NCBI GenBank assembly: GCA_963722005.1
Contig: CAVRJS010000002.1
Coordinates: forward strand, 37,190 to 101,189
Source: an uncultured beta proteobacterium
Lineage (GTDB): Bacteria; Pseudomonadota; Gammaproteobacteria; Burkholderiales; Burkholderiaceae_D
Length of the DNA stretch: 64,000 nucleotides
Reading direction: 5' to 3'
How positions within the stretch are numbered: the first letter of the stretch is position 1; the number at the start of each line of letters is the position of its first letter. The notes under the pieces were generated by a model. The model did no database searches. It was not told the DNA's origin and saw nothing but the letters and a program-made list of their open reading frames with translations. This document shows positions 1 through 9,667 of the stretch, piece after piece. A program made the translations under genes and the position numbers.

Positions 1-1
1 C

Positions 2-445
2 GCAAGTCAATTGTCCGACGGCGCCTCTGCCTGCGTCTTGATGGAAAAGCGAATAGCTGAGCAACGCGGGCTGCAGCCGCTCGGCATCTACCGCGGCATG
101 GCCGTGGTCGGATGCGCACCAGAGGAAATGGGAATCGGCCCCATCTACGCGATTCCCAAGTTACTCCAGCGGCACGGCTTGAAGGTCTCGGACATCGGTC
201 TATGGGAATTGAACGAGGCGTTCGCTTGCCAGGCCCTGTACTGCCGCGATCACCTTGATATCGATCCTGACACGTTCAACGTCAACGGCGGCGGCATTTC
301 AATCGGACATCCGTACGGCATGACGGGCGCCCGGCTGGTAGGTCATGCCTTACTCGAAGGTAAACGGCGTGGCGTCAAATACGTTGTCGTATCGATGTGC
401 GTCGGTGGCGGCATGGGCGCTGCAGGCCTGTTCGAAGTCGCATGA
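2..445 (+). CDS. acetyl-CoA C-acyltransferase (thiolase), C-terminal fragment; gene begins upstream of the window
   Basis: Frame of ORF 11..445 is open to the window edge. Translation ends ...NGGGISIGHPYGMTGARLVGHALLEGKRRGVKYVVVSMCVGGGMGAAGLFEVA, the typical thiolase C-terminal catalytic region. Confidence 0.85.
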   Translation, partial: ASQLSDGASACVLMEKRIAEQRGLQPLGIYRGMAVVGCAPEEMGIGPIYAIPKLLQRHGLKVSDIGLWELNEAFACQALYCRDHLDIDPDTFNVNGGGISIGHPYGMTGARLVGHALLEGKRRGVKYVVVSMCVGGGMGAAGLFEVA

Positions 446-676
446 GTCACCGGTAACCGCAAGCATGAATTCGATAGCCGCAACGGCGATTGAGCGACAT
501 GGATCGGCGGTTTTCGAATTGAACCGATCGCAGTTCACGCTGTACCCAATAATAAGCATTTCAGCTTGCATAACGCTCTATCGCCATTAATCATTAAATT
601 ACTTCCGGCTACGCCGGAAGTTTTTAATACCAAGGGCGCAAAGAAGCTAGCAGCTCGCGATCTGCTTAAGGGCGGG

Positions 677-1927
677 CTACAACCTCTCTGGCGGCGTCAG
701 ATAAGCCGCCGTTTCCCCAAGCGTTTTTTGACTATTCTTAATTTCCATGCGTGCAATGGACTGCAGATGAACTTCATCTGGGCCGTCGGCGTAACGAAGT
801 GCCCGGCCCCAGGTCCAGTGGTCGGCGAGCGGCGTGTCAGGACTGATTCCCATGGCGCCAAAGGTTTGCATGGCGCGATCACAGACGGTAGTGTGAACGG
901 TAGGCACTAGCGCCTTGATCATGGATATCTCCTTGCGGGCCTCCTTGGCCCCCACGTTGTCGATCATCCAGGCAGTTTTCAATACCAGCAAGCGCGCCTG
1001 ATCGATCTCGATACGCGAGCGGGCGATCCACTCGGAAACGATGCCTTGTTGATGCAAGTATTTGCCAAATGTCCGACGTTCCTGGGCACGCGCGATCATC
1101 AACTCCAGCGCCAGCTCTGCCGCACCGATAGAGCGCATGCAATGATGAATGCGGCCCGGCCCTAACCGTGCCTGCGCCAGCGCAAAGCCACTCCCCTCCT
1201 CGCCCAGTAAATTACTCGCCGGCACCCGCACATTGCGGAATACGATCTCGCAATGCCCCTCGGGGGAGTGATGATTCATGATATTGATGTTGCGGACAAT
1301 CTCTACGCCAACCGTATCCCGCGGCACCAGAATCATGCTCTGCTGGTGATGGGATTCGGCAGTAGGGTCAGTCTTGCCCATCAGGATAAAGATCTTGCAA
1401 TTCGGATGGGCGGCATTGGTAATAAACCATTTTCGGCCATTGATGACATAGTCATCGCCATCACGCTGGATCAGGGTGGTGATATTGGTCGCATCGGAGG
1501 ATGCCACGTCCGGTTCTGTCATGGCGAACGCTGAACGGATCTCGCCGTTCAGCAACGGCAGCAGCCACTGCTCGCGTTGGGCCGGGGTGGCAAACATATG
1601 CAACAATTCCATATTGCCGGTATCGGGCGCATTGCAGTTAAACACTTCCGATGCCCAACTGATGCGCCCCATGATTTCTGCCAGCGGCGCGTATTCCAGA
1701 TTACTCAAGCCGGTGCCAGGCTCACCTTCTTTCAGATGGGGCAGAAACAGGTTCCACAGCCCTTCCGATTTCGCCAGTGCCTTCAGGTCCTCCATAAACG
1801 ATACCGGAAAGATACCGGCATGTACTTCCTCGTTGTACTGGCGTACGCGCGGCAGGATATGCTCATCCATAAAATTTCGCACGCGGGTGCGCAAGTCTTC
1901 TACCTTCGCTGTATATCCAAATTCCAT
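677..1927 (-). CDS. acyl-CoA dehydrogenase family protein (ACAD10/11 C-terminal-domain-like, LvaC-like)
   Basis: 416-aa ORF. ACAD fold signatures are present (…FAMTEPDVASSDATNI…, …GKWFITNA…, C-terminal …HLQSIARMEI…). Co-operonic with a phosphotransferase and an SDR. Confidence 0.85.
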   Translation of the reverse strand: MEFGYTAKVEDLRTRVRNFMDEHILPRVRQYNEEVHAGIFPVSFMEDLKALAKSEGLWNLFLPHLKEGEPGTGLSNLEYAPLAEIMGRISWASEVFNCNAPDTGNMELLHMFATPAQREQWLLPLLNGEIRSAFAMTEPDVASSDATNITTLIQRDGDDYVINGRKWFITNAAHPNCKIFILMGKTDPTAESHHQQSMILVPRDTVGVEIVRNINIMNHHSPEGHCEIVFRNVRVPASNLLGEEGSGFALAQARLGPGRIHHCMRSIGAAELALELMIARAQERRTFGKYLHQQGIVSEWIARSRIEIDQARLLVLKTAWMIDNVGAKEARKEISMIKALVPTVHTTVCDRAMQTFGAMGISPDTPLADHWTWGRALRYADGPDEVHLQSIARMEIKNSQKTLGETAAYLTPPERL

Positions 1928-1967
1928 GATGCGCCTCTCTATCGGGTTCGTTGTTCGCTATCGTTGA

Positions 1968-2732
1968 TTACAGGGTGGCGCCGCCGTCGACGACAATACA
2001 TTCGCCCGTGGTGTAACTGGCGGCGTCCGAGACCAGATACAGCACCGTACCGGCCATTTCCCGGGGTTCGGCATGACGTCCCATCGGCACCTGCGCGATA
2101 GCTGTGTTGTAGATTTTTTCATTCTCGAACAAGGCACCCGCGAATTTGGTCTTGGTGTAACCGGGCAGTAGTGCATTGACACGAATCCCCAATGGCGCGC
2201 ATTCCTTGGCAAAGGCCTTGGTCATGTTGACCACTGCGGCCTTGGTGATCGAGTAGATCCCTTGCATATCACCGGGCTGCAGGGCGTTGATCGACGCGGT
2301 ATTTACAATCGCGCCGCCACCGTTTTCTTTCATTATTTTTCCCGCTTCGACCGACATGAAAAAATAACCGCGAATATTCACGTCGACAGTCTTGTTGTAG
2401 ACAGCCAGATCTGTGTCCAGAATATGGCCGAAATAGGGATTGGCGGCTGCATTGTTAACCAGGATATCCAGCCTGCCGTGGACGTTCTTGATGTGGGAAA
2501 ACACCGTAGCGATATCTTCCATCGAACCGACATGACAGGCAAAGGCTTCGGCACTGCCGCCTTGCGCAATGATGGCATCCGCAACCAGCTGGCAAGCTTC
2601 CAGCTTGCGACTGGAAACAATCACATGGGCGCCTTGCTCGGCCAGCAACCTGGCGATTGCTTCGCCAATACCACGGCTGGCACCAGTCACGAGTGCGATC
2701 TTGCCGGTCAAGTCAAATAATTGTGTGCTCAT
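1968..2732 (-). CDS. SDR family oxidoreductase (short-chain dehydrogenase/reductase)
   Basis: 254 aa. N-terminal TGASRGIG Rossmann motif, NNAA motif and YxxxK (YSITKAA) catalytic motif. Confidence 0.9.
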   Translation of the reverse strand: MSTQLFDLTGKIALVTGASRGIGEAIARLLAEQGAHVIVSSRKLEACQLVADAIIAQGGSAEAFACHVGSMEDIATVFSHIKNVHGRLDILVNNAAANPYFGHILDTDLAVYNKTVDVNIRGYFFMSVEAGKIMKENGGGAIVNTASINALQPGDMQGIYSITKAAVVNMTKAFAKECAPLGIRVNALLPGYTKTKFAGALFENEKIYNTAIAQVPMGRHAEPREMAGTVLYLVSDAASYTTGECIVVDGGATL

Positions 2733-2782
2733 TTTCGTCCTACAGGAATTTGCTTTGTTTATCGAATCAATGCCCGCCTGGC

Positions 2783-3814
2783 CTAACGCTCTTTCTCCAG
2801 CAAGGCAATGGCCAACTCCGCAAGAGGCCTGGCCATCTTGCCCACTTGCACAGCTTTGTCGCTGGAAGCGTTGCCATCCAAGGCGCGTTTCAACACTCCC
2901 TGAACAATTGCCGCCAGCCGGAAAAAGCTAAACGCCAGGTAGAACTGCCAATTGTCGATGGCGCCGATACCGCGTAGCGCACAATATTGGGCGACAAGAT
3001 CGGCCTCAGTCGGGATTCCCAATTGCTCGCGATTTTTGCCGGCCAGCCCGGAAATGTGACCGCTGGAGGGCAAGCGCAAACACATGCAAAAATAAGCCAG
3101 ATCGGCGAGTGGGTGCCCCAGGGTCGAGAGCTCCCAGTCCAGCACTGCCATCACCCGCGCTTCGGCGGGATGAAATATCAGATTGTCGATACGGTAGTCG
3201 CCATGAACGATGCTGAGCTGGCCGTCATCTGCCGGCATATTGGCTGGCAACCAAGTGATCAGCGTTTCCATGGCCTCGATGGTTTCGGTTTCGGCAGCAC
3301 GGTATTGCTTGGTCCACATGCCAACTTGACGTTCGAAATAATTACCCGAGCGACCGTAATCGCCCAACCCGACCGCATTCACATCGACATCATGTAGCGT
3401 CGCCAACACCCGTATCAGCTCGCTATAAAGCGGTGCTCGCTGTTCGCGCGGCAATTCCGGCAGAGACGGATCCCAGAAAATTCTCCCCTGCTGAAAATGC
3501 ATGACATAGAACATGCTGCCGATCACCTCCCGGTCTTCGCACAAAAGATAGGGGTGGGGTACCGGCACCGCGGTTTTTCTCAGGGCATCCAATACACGGT
3601 ATTCCCGGTCCACCGCATGGGCGCCTTTCAGCAAAGCCCCGGGTGGTTGACGACGCAATACATATTCACCACTCCGCGCCTTGAGGAGGAAAGTGGGATT
3701 GGACTGTCCACCTGCAAATTTCTCAGCGGTCAGCGGCCCCTGAAAACCGTTGATCCGGGTCTCCAGGTAGGCCGCGAGTTTGAGCGTATCAAGGCTATTC
3801 ACATCAGTTATCAT
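2783..3814 (-). CDS. phosphotransferase (APH/CHK kinase-like) family protein, LvaA/ACAD10-11 kinase-domain-like
   Basis: 343 aa. Aminoglycoside-phosphotransferase-like fold motifs (…IVHGDYRIDNLIF… Brenner/HGD motif, DWELS). Sits directly upstream of the SDR and ACAD genes on the same strand. Confidence 0.8.
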   Translation of the reverse strand: MITDVNSLDTLKLAAYLETRINGFQGPLTAEKFAGGQSNPTFLLKARSGEYVLRRQPPGALLKGAHAVDREYRVLDALRKTAVPVPHPYLLCEDREVIGSMFYVMHFQQGRIFWDPSLPELPREQRAPLYSELIRVLATLHDVDVNAVGLGDYGRSGNYFERQVGMWTKQYRAAETETIEAMETLITWLPANMPADDGQLSIVHGDYRIDNLIFHPAEARVMAVLDWELSTLGHPLADLAYFCMCLRLPSSGHISGLAGKNREQLGIPTEADLVAQYCALRGIGAIDNWQFYLAFSFFRLAAIVQGVLKRALDGNASSDKAVQVGKMARPLAELAIALLEKER

Positions 3815-3838
3815 CTACCAAATCTCCGTCTTTCTTCG

Positions 3839-4510
3839 TTATCCGTGGCTGATCGAGTCCAGCCGTCCCGGCTGATCAAGGTGCGGAATATTGTTAAAAC
3901 TCGCGAGCTTGACCGACCGATTATTAAAGTAATAATGCGAAAAGCTGCTATTTTTAACCTGCAAATTGAGTTCGATGGCAGTGTTCGGAGGAGCCGCCAA
4001 TACCTGCCTGGCCATCATTCCGATAGGACCGCCGGAGCTGACGACCAGGACGCGCTGCGCTCCACATTGCTGGATAAAATGACGGGCATCTTTGACCCGC
4101 TGAGCAAAGGTTTCCCAGCTTTCCGGCAAGGTTCCCGCCAGTTGGCCAGCCGCCCAGAACTGCAGTACCTGCTTCAGCCCTTTCGAGAAGTCACGCTTAT
4201 CGCCCGATGCCAGCAGCTTTAACTCAGCATGATCTTCTCCCAGAGCGTTGAACAGCGCTGAAAAATCGTATTCGTTGAGCTCCGGATGCTCGGTGAAAAT
4301 CGGGCTACAGCCCATGCCGCGACAAATTCCCGTGGCAGTTTGGCGGTGACGCAACTGAGTGCCAATGATGACCCGATCAAATTGAATGTCGCGTTCGGCA
4401 AAATACTGCCCTAGCCAAAGGGATTGCTGCTCACCCAGCGTCGTAAGCCGATCATAGTCATCCGTTCCGAAGGACGCTTGACCGTGCCGAACCAGATAGA
4501 ACTCCCCCAT
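3839..4510 (-). CDS. histidine phosphatase (phosphoglycerate mutase) family protein
   Basis: 223 aa. N-terminal LVRHGQASF (RHG catalytic motif). First gene of the minus-strand operon. Confidence 0.8.
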   Translation of the reverse strand: MGEFYLVRHGQASFGTDDYDRLTTLGEQQSLWLGQYFAERDIQFDRVIIGTQLRHRQTATGICRGMGCSPIFTEHPELNEYDFSALFNALGEDHAELKLLASGDKRDFSKGLKQVLQFWAAGQLAGTLPESWETFAQRVKDARHFIQQCGAQRVLVVSSGGPIGMMARQVLAAPPNTAIELNLQVKNSSFSHYYFNNRSVKLASFNNIPHLDQPGRLDSISHG

Positions 4511-4521
4511 GCCGCACCTCC

Positions 4522-4560
4522 ATCGATATTAGAAACAAATAATAGCGAACGAATCGATAT
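4522..4560. promoter_or_regulatory. divergent promoter region carrying two copies of the palindromic octamer ATCGATAT (4522-4529 and 4553-4560); candidate LysR-type regulator binding sites
   Basis: Lies in the 109-bp AT-rich intergenic region between the minus-strand operon (end 4510) and the divergent LysR gene (4620). The octamer copies are spaced about 31 bp centre to centre. Confidence 0.3.
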
Positions 4561-4619
4561 CTTTGAAATTTATTGTAGTGATACATCGCTATAATTATTG
4601 GTTATGGTGATCAACTGAA

Positions 4620-5528
4620 GTGGGACTGTCCATGCGATTAAACCGAGTCGACCTCAATCTGTTTGTGGTTTTCGAGGCCATTTATGCCAAGCGCAACCTC
4701 ACCCGGGCGGCAGAAGTACTGTGTATTTCCCAGCCTGCGGTGAGTAATGCCCTGTTACGAATGCGCAAGACCTTTAACGACCAGCTGTTTGTCAGTACGC
4801 CCCAAGGCATGGTGCCCACACCAGTGGCAGAGAACATTGTCGGCCGCGTTGGCGAAGCCCTGCAGTTACTTAATGCCAGTGTTCAAGAGGCCGACCTGTT
4901 TATGCCGATCAGCGCCCAAAGGGTCTTCCGGGTCAGCATGAACGACTTGACGGAAACCCTGTTGCTGCCTGCATTGGGAGACGTGCTGCAGCGGCAGGCT
5001 CCGGGTATTCGCATCGAAAGCTACTTTAGCAACCGCCACGATGTCCCCCGTGAACTGGCAACGGGGGCGCTGGATCTGGCGATTGACGCCCCGCTCATCA
5101 ATGATCCGCAAATACGTCATGGCCATTTGATGAGCGAACGATATGTCTGTATGCTGCGCAAGGGTCACCCAATGGCTGATCAAACACTTAGTCTGGAGAA
5201 CTATCTGGCCTTGGGGCACATCCATATTTCGAGTCGTCGCGAGGGGCTGGGGTATGTGGATACAGCGCTCAACAAGCTTGGCAAACCGCGCAAAATTCAG
5301 ATGCGGGTGCAACACTATATGGTGGCGCCACTAGTCGCCATGCGCACTGACCTGGCGCTGACTGCTCCCTTAGGATTGGTGCAGGGCTATGACGCAATAC
5401 AATTGGAGCTGCCTTTTAAGCTGCCGGCGATGGAATGGCATCTGTACTGGCACCGTAGTGCCGACCGGGATCCCGCGAACGCTTGGCTACGGGACAAGCT
5501 GCTGCAGTTTATGCGCGCAGCAAAATAG
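4620..5528 (+). CDS. LysR family transcriptional regulator
   Basis: 302 aa. N-terminal HTH …LNLFVVFEAIYAKRNLTRAAEVLCISQPAVSNALLRMR… followed by a LysR substrate-binding domain. Divergent from the catabolic operon. Confidence 0.9.
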   Translation: MGLSMRLNRVDLNLFVVFEAIYAKRNLTRAAEVLCISQPAVSNALLRMRKTFNDQLFVSTPQGMVPTPVAENIVGRVGEALQLLNASVQEADLFMPISAQRVFRVSMNDLTETLLLPALGDVLQRQAPGIRIESYFSNRHDVPRELATGALDLAIDAPLINDPQIRHGHLMSERYVCMLRKGHPMADQTLSLENYLALGHIHISSRREGLGYVDTALNKLGKPRKIQMRVQHYMVAPLVAMRTDLALTAPLGLVQGYDAIQLELPFKLPAMEWHLYWHRSADRDPANAWLRDKLLQFMRAAK

Positions 5529-5768
5529 GCATGGTTCTGGTGCATATTTATCCAAGGCAATTTACCTACAATCTTCAAGTCCTCTCAATCAGTAATTGTC
5601 CCACTACCCGCTGCGATGCTACGTAGCCGTCGAATGTGATGCTGTCCGGTGCGCGGCCCGGTGTTGTGAGCACTTATGTAGAAGCTTCTGTTGAGTAAAG
5701 AATGGCAGTAGTCCTGAATGTGGCGGATATGATGGTTGAATGGTCAAGACATCCCAAAATAGACGGGC

Positions 5769-6344
5769 ATGCTGTTGACTAATAAACTAGTTTGGAAAAT
5801 ATGGGTGTTTAGTCAGATGACACATTCCGGCGCCGCATTTCTCCAGTCCCTGATCGAGGAAACCGACCGCCTCGCAAACGCGCTGGAATCAGCCAGGGTC
5901 ACCTGCGAAGCTTCTGGACGGCCGGACATCATCGAGTGGATCGCCCGGGAGCTGGCTGGCTATGATGACGGCGACACGATATTCTCCTGTCGCAAACTGC
6001 CGACCGTAGAAAAAGCGCTAATCACCAACGGCGTCGAAACGGAATGCAATCATGTCATCGGCAAATCCCATCAGTGGATCAAGGCCGCCGTCAGGGACAT
6101 ATCCACGCTTCCGGAATTGCAGGACGCCCTGCAGCAGGAGCGGGATTTTCTCATTTACGACGTGAATCCGGATCAATACTTCTATCGTCGCATGCTGTCT
6201 GCGACCAAGCCGGGCTATGCCGCGCAGCGCATATGGATGGAAGCCCCGTTGGGCGGATTATCGGATATTGTTGCGGGCATCAGTGATCGCCTGGCGCAAT
6301 TGCTGGCGGACCTGCACCGAAAACCATCCTGGGATCAATCATGA
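5769..6344 (+). CDS. hypothetical protein
   Basis: 191-aa ORF with coding-like codon usage (GC3-rich). No recognisable family. Start may be the internal Met at 5817. Confidence 0.45.
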   Translation: MLLTNKLVWKIWVFSQMTHSGAAFLQSLIEETDRLANALESARVTCEASGRPDIIEWIARELAGYDDGDTIFSCRKLPTVEKALITNGVETECNHVIGKSHQWIKAAVRDISTLPELQDALQQERDFLIYDVNPDQYFYRRMLSATKPGYAAQRIWMEAPLGGLSDIVAGISDRLAQLLADLHRKPSWDQS

Positions 6345-6404
6345 AGAAAACGCTTCTGCTGGCGATAATCGCATGCATGGCGCGCGCGCCGCAAACACGA
6401 AGCA

Positions 6405-7034
6405 TTAAAACTGCGCGCCGCCCGGCCGTGTAATGCTCGAAATGATCTGGAACGCCCGACTCACCTGCCGTACCATTTCCGCGCCGTGCCGTGAATGGAC
6501 TTTGCGGATCTCCCCCTCATCGTCATACTCGACCCGCACTGTGCCGACGCCGGCCAGTGCAACGAACACGGGCTTGCCGGCGGCATTGTAGCGGAATGTC
6601 ATGACGCGGCGTTCACCTGTGGCGCTGTCAACCAGCGCCAGGCGCCGGATTTTCTGCATGCTGCCGTATTCGAGCGACACGACCCTGCCGGCGCCGTTCT
6701 CGGCGCGTTTGAGCGTGCCGTTCTGGTTGTAGTGGTACGTCACCCTGCGGCTGCCGTTCAGCGCCAGGATCAGCTTGCCGCTGCGCGGGTGATAAATGTA
6801 TTCGATGTATCCGCCGTCGCCATTCGGCTTGCGCACGATCCGCCCCTGGTCATCGCAGACAGCGTTGCGGCAGCAAGCGCTGGTGGCGCCCGACGACGTT
6901 TGTTCCTGCGTCGCGGCCACGACATGTGGCGCATCGAGACTGGCGGTGTTGGCGTTGTCCTTGTCGGTCTTTCCGCACGCTAGGGCAATCGACGGCACGG
7001 TCAGCGCGATGGCGAACAGTTTTTTAAGTTTCAT
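6405..7034 (-). CDS. lipoprotein with YD/RHS-like repeats
   Basis: 209 aa. Signal peptide plus lipobox (…SIALAC GK…). Repeated Y-x-Y/H-x-x-x-G motifs (VTYHYNQNGTL, MTFRYNAAGKP, VRVEYDDEGEI) resembling YD repeats. Confidence 0.6.
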   Translation of the reverse strand: MKLKKLFAIALTVPSIALACGKTDKDNANTASLDAPHVVAATQEQTSSGATSACCRNAVCDDQGRIVRKPNGDGGYIEYIYHPRSGKLILALNGSRRVTYHYNQNGTLKRAENGAGRVVSLEYGSMQKIRRLALVDSATGERRVMTFRYNAAGKPVFVALAGVGTVRVEYDDEGEIRKVHSRHGAEMVRQVSRAFQIISSITRPGGAQF

Positions 7035-7370
7035 GGTCTTTCACATTAATACATACGGATGATCGGTAGATGCCCAAGCCTGAAAAGCGAATGCCTGATA
7101 CTCGAGGAAAGCGTAATTTCAAAAAATTATTTACCGATAGCTTACCCCGTGAAGCGCGGAATTCGAAACGAAAGGATGGCAATTGCCCACACCCGACTGC
7201 TCGACCGGATCATGCTACGCCCTGCGGCCGAGAAGACCAGACAGTGCAAATAGCACAAAAAAATGACATATATACAACAAGCCCATGCCGTTCCGGCGGG
7301 ATTGCAAGCCGCTTTTCGCGAGGAGTCGGCAGAAAGCGAGTAAGCTACTACTAAATAGCAAAATGCAGTC

Positions 7371-9035
7371 ATGAACCCGATACCGAAGGAACAATTCACC
7401 GACATGCTGGCGGCGGTCGCGCGCGCGCGCGGCTTGTCCGGCGTGCTCGACCTGTTCGCGCAAGCGCTGGACGCGGCGCCCGGTATTGACGGTTTCTGGA
7501 TAAATCTTCTGGACGCTTCCGGCGAAAACCTGCGATGCATGAAGATCCGGTTGATGCCGGGGTTCCGCGAAATCGAGAAAAGTTATATCGGCCAATCCGC
7601 CAACCTGTTCGATTCGCAGTTCATCTCCCGGGTTTTTAAATCACGTTCGATCTCGCGCCTGACGGCCGACAATGCCAGCGATACCGAACGAAATGTCCTG
7701 CGCTACTGGAAGGCAAACTCATTGGTCGGCATGCCGATCTGTGATCCGGACGCCCCGGGAGCAGCACCGATCGGCGTGCTGGTGCTGATGATGGAAAAAG
7801 CCAGCGACCGGATCGACACGGCGCTGCAAACGGTGTCATGCCTCATCGACGTGTATTACGCCAACATGGCCAACTGGCTGAAGCTGAGTCAGCTGGAGGA
7901 ATTGCATCAGGAAGCGCTCTCTACAGTCACCGACAATCGCCGTTTGCTCGATTTTATCCAGGAGCTGGGCGGCCTGACTTCAGTCGATAAAATTTATCAG
8001 CTGTTTAGCGCCGAACTGTTTCGTCAGCTGAAGTTTGACATCGCCGCTTTCGTAACCCTGCAGGACGAACAACTGGTGCTGGATAATATTGTCGGCGCCA
8101 ACCCTGCGATGCAGAAAATCGGCGATGCATGGCGTGCATTTCAGTCCGGGGCTGTCTACGAAATGAAGGAGACTGCCAGCGGCGCGGTGTATGTATTCAT
8201 GCATAACACCACCTTCCTCGTACACGACTTGCAGCAGGTCATGCATTTGCCCATGTCCGAGTTCGACCGCCGCAGCCTCGGCTTCCTGCCCCAGCCGCCG
8301 CGCACGCTTTTCCTGTCGGCGATCCGCTATCGCGGGCAGGCAATCGGCGCCTTCGGCCTGTACAGCCTGAATGAACCGCGGCCATTGTCGGAAAACGATC
8401 TGCACCTGCTGGAACAGCTGGCCTCGTTCCTCGGTACCGCCCTGACCAACAGCCGCCTGTATGCGACCAGCCAGGCGCAAAATGCCGAGATCGGGCGCCT
8501 GAACCTGCAATTGCAGGAGAAGGTCAGCCGGCTGGCCGAGCTGGCATCGACCGACCAGTTGACCGGCCTGTTCAATTTCCGCAGCTTCGAGCAGGAGCTC
8601 GAGCGCCGCCTGCAGGAAGCCGCACGCGCCTCGGACAAGAAGGACCTGTCGCTGGTGGCGCTGGATATCGACCACTTCAAGGATTTCAACGACCGTTACG
8701 GCCATGCTGCCGGTAACGACGTGCTGACTGCCGTTGCCAGCGAAATCAATCGCTGCATCCGCCAGACCGATATGGCTTGCCGTTACGGCGGCGAGGAATT
8801 CGTCGTGATCCTGCCGAACTGCGACCTGGAAGGCGCCCGGCTCCTGGCGGAACGCATCCGTTGGTGCGTCGAGGAGATCAGCGTGCCGACGCCCGATGGC
8901 GAGCGCCGCATCACCATTTCCGCCGGCTGCACGGTGCGCCAGCCGGAAGACACGCAACTGACCCTGTTCGGCCGCGCCGATGCCGCCTTGTACCAGGCCA
9001 AGGCACAGGGACGCAACCGCGTCTGCTGCAACTAA
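7371..9035 (+). CDS. GAF domain-containing diguanylate cyclase (GGDEF)
   Basis: 554 aa. Two GAF-like N-terminal regions, then a coiled coil, then a GGDEF domain with an intact GGEEF active site (…RYGGEEFVVILP…) and an RxxD I-site-like context. Confidence 0.85.
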   Translation: MNPIPKEQFTDMLAAVARARGLSGVLDLFAQALDAAPGIDGFWINLLDASGENLRCMKIRLMPGFREIEKSYIGQSANLFDSQFISRVFKSRSISRLTADNASDTERNVLRYWKANSLVGMPICDPDAPGAAPIGVLVLMMEKASDRIDTALQTVSCLIDVYYANMANWLKLSQLEELHQEALSTVTDNRRLLDFIQELGGLTSVDKIYQLFSAELFRQLKFDIAAFVTLQDEQLVLDNIVGANPAMQKIGDAWRAFQSGAVYEMKETASGAVYVFMHNTTFLVHDLQQVMHLPMSEFDRRSLGFLPQPPRTLFLSAIRYRGQAIGAFGLYSLNEPRPLSENDLHLLEQLASFLGTALTNSRLYATSQAQNAEIGRLNLQLQEKVSRLAELASTDQLTGLFNFRSFEQELERRLQEAARASDKKDLSLVALDIDHFKDFNDRYGHAAGNDVLTAVASEINRCIRQTDMACRYGGEEFVVILPNCDLEGARLLAERIRWCVEEISVPTPDGERRITISAGCTVRQPEDTQLTLFGRADAALYQAKAQGRNRVCCN

Positions 9036-9097
9036 GGCCCGCACCCATCCGGCATGTGTGAATGTGACCTGCAAGCAGGCAGCCGAGCAGAAAAGCC

Positions 9098-9667
9098 ATG
9101 ACCCGCCTTGAAATCGCCGCGAATGTGGCCGCCACGGTTTCCATCCTGCTTGCCGGGAGAAACAGCGTGCATACCTGGTGGACCGGCATCCTGGGATGCG
9201 CGCTGTTTGCGGCATTGTTTTACCAGTCGCACCTGTATGCCGACGTCACGCTGCAGGCCTTTTTCATCTTCACCAGCGCGATCGGCTGGCTGCACTGGCT
9301 GCGCGGCAACCAGGGCCAGGCCTTGCCGGTTTCCCATGCCGGCTGGCGCAAGCTGGCCTGGACCGTGCCGGCGGGGTTGGCTGCGACGGCAGCCTATGGC
9401 GGCATGCTGCATTACTTCACCGATGCCTACGCGCCTTTCATCGATTCCGCCATCCTCGTATTTTCCGTAATCGCGCAATTGCTGCTCATGCAAAGGCGCA
9501 TCGAGACCTGGCCATTCTGGCTGCTGGTCAACAGCATTGCCGTGCCGCTGTTCGCCAGCCGCGGCCTCTACCTGACTGCGACGCTGTATGCGGCATACTG
9601 GGTCAATGCCTGCGTTTCTTGGTGGTGGTGGCGCCGGCTCGCCGAACGCGCGCCTGCGGTCACATGA
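9098..9667 (+). CDS. pnuC: nicotinamide riboside transporter PnuC
   Basis: 189 aa polytopic membrane protein with PnuC-like N-terminus (MTRLEIAANVAATVSILLAGRNSVHTWWTGILG…). Stop overlaps the start of the next gene (ATGA). Confidence 0.8.
   Translation: MTRLEIAANVAATVSILLAGRNSVHTWWTGILGCALFAALFYQSHLYADVTLQAFFIFTSAIGWLHWLRGNQGQALPVSHAGWRKLAWTVPAGLAATAAYGGMLHYFTDAYAPFIDSAILVFSVIAQLLLMQRRIETWPFWLLVNSIAVPLFASRGLYLTATLYAAYWVNACVSWWWWRRLAERAPAVT

Noticed and set aside
7980-9215. 411-aa minus-strand ORF antisense to the GAF-GGDEF gene
   Set aside because: No motifs, with Arg/Ala/Gln bias. The sense strand has a GGEEF active site.
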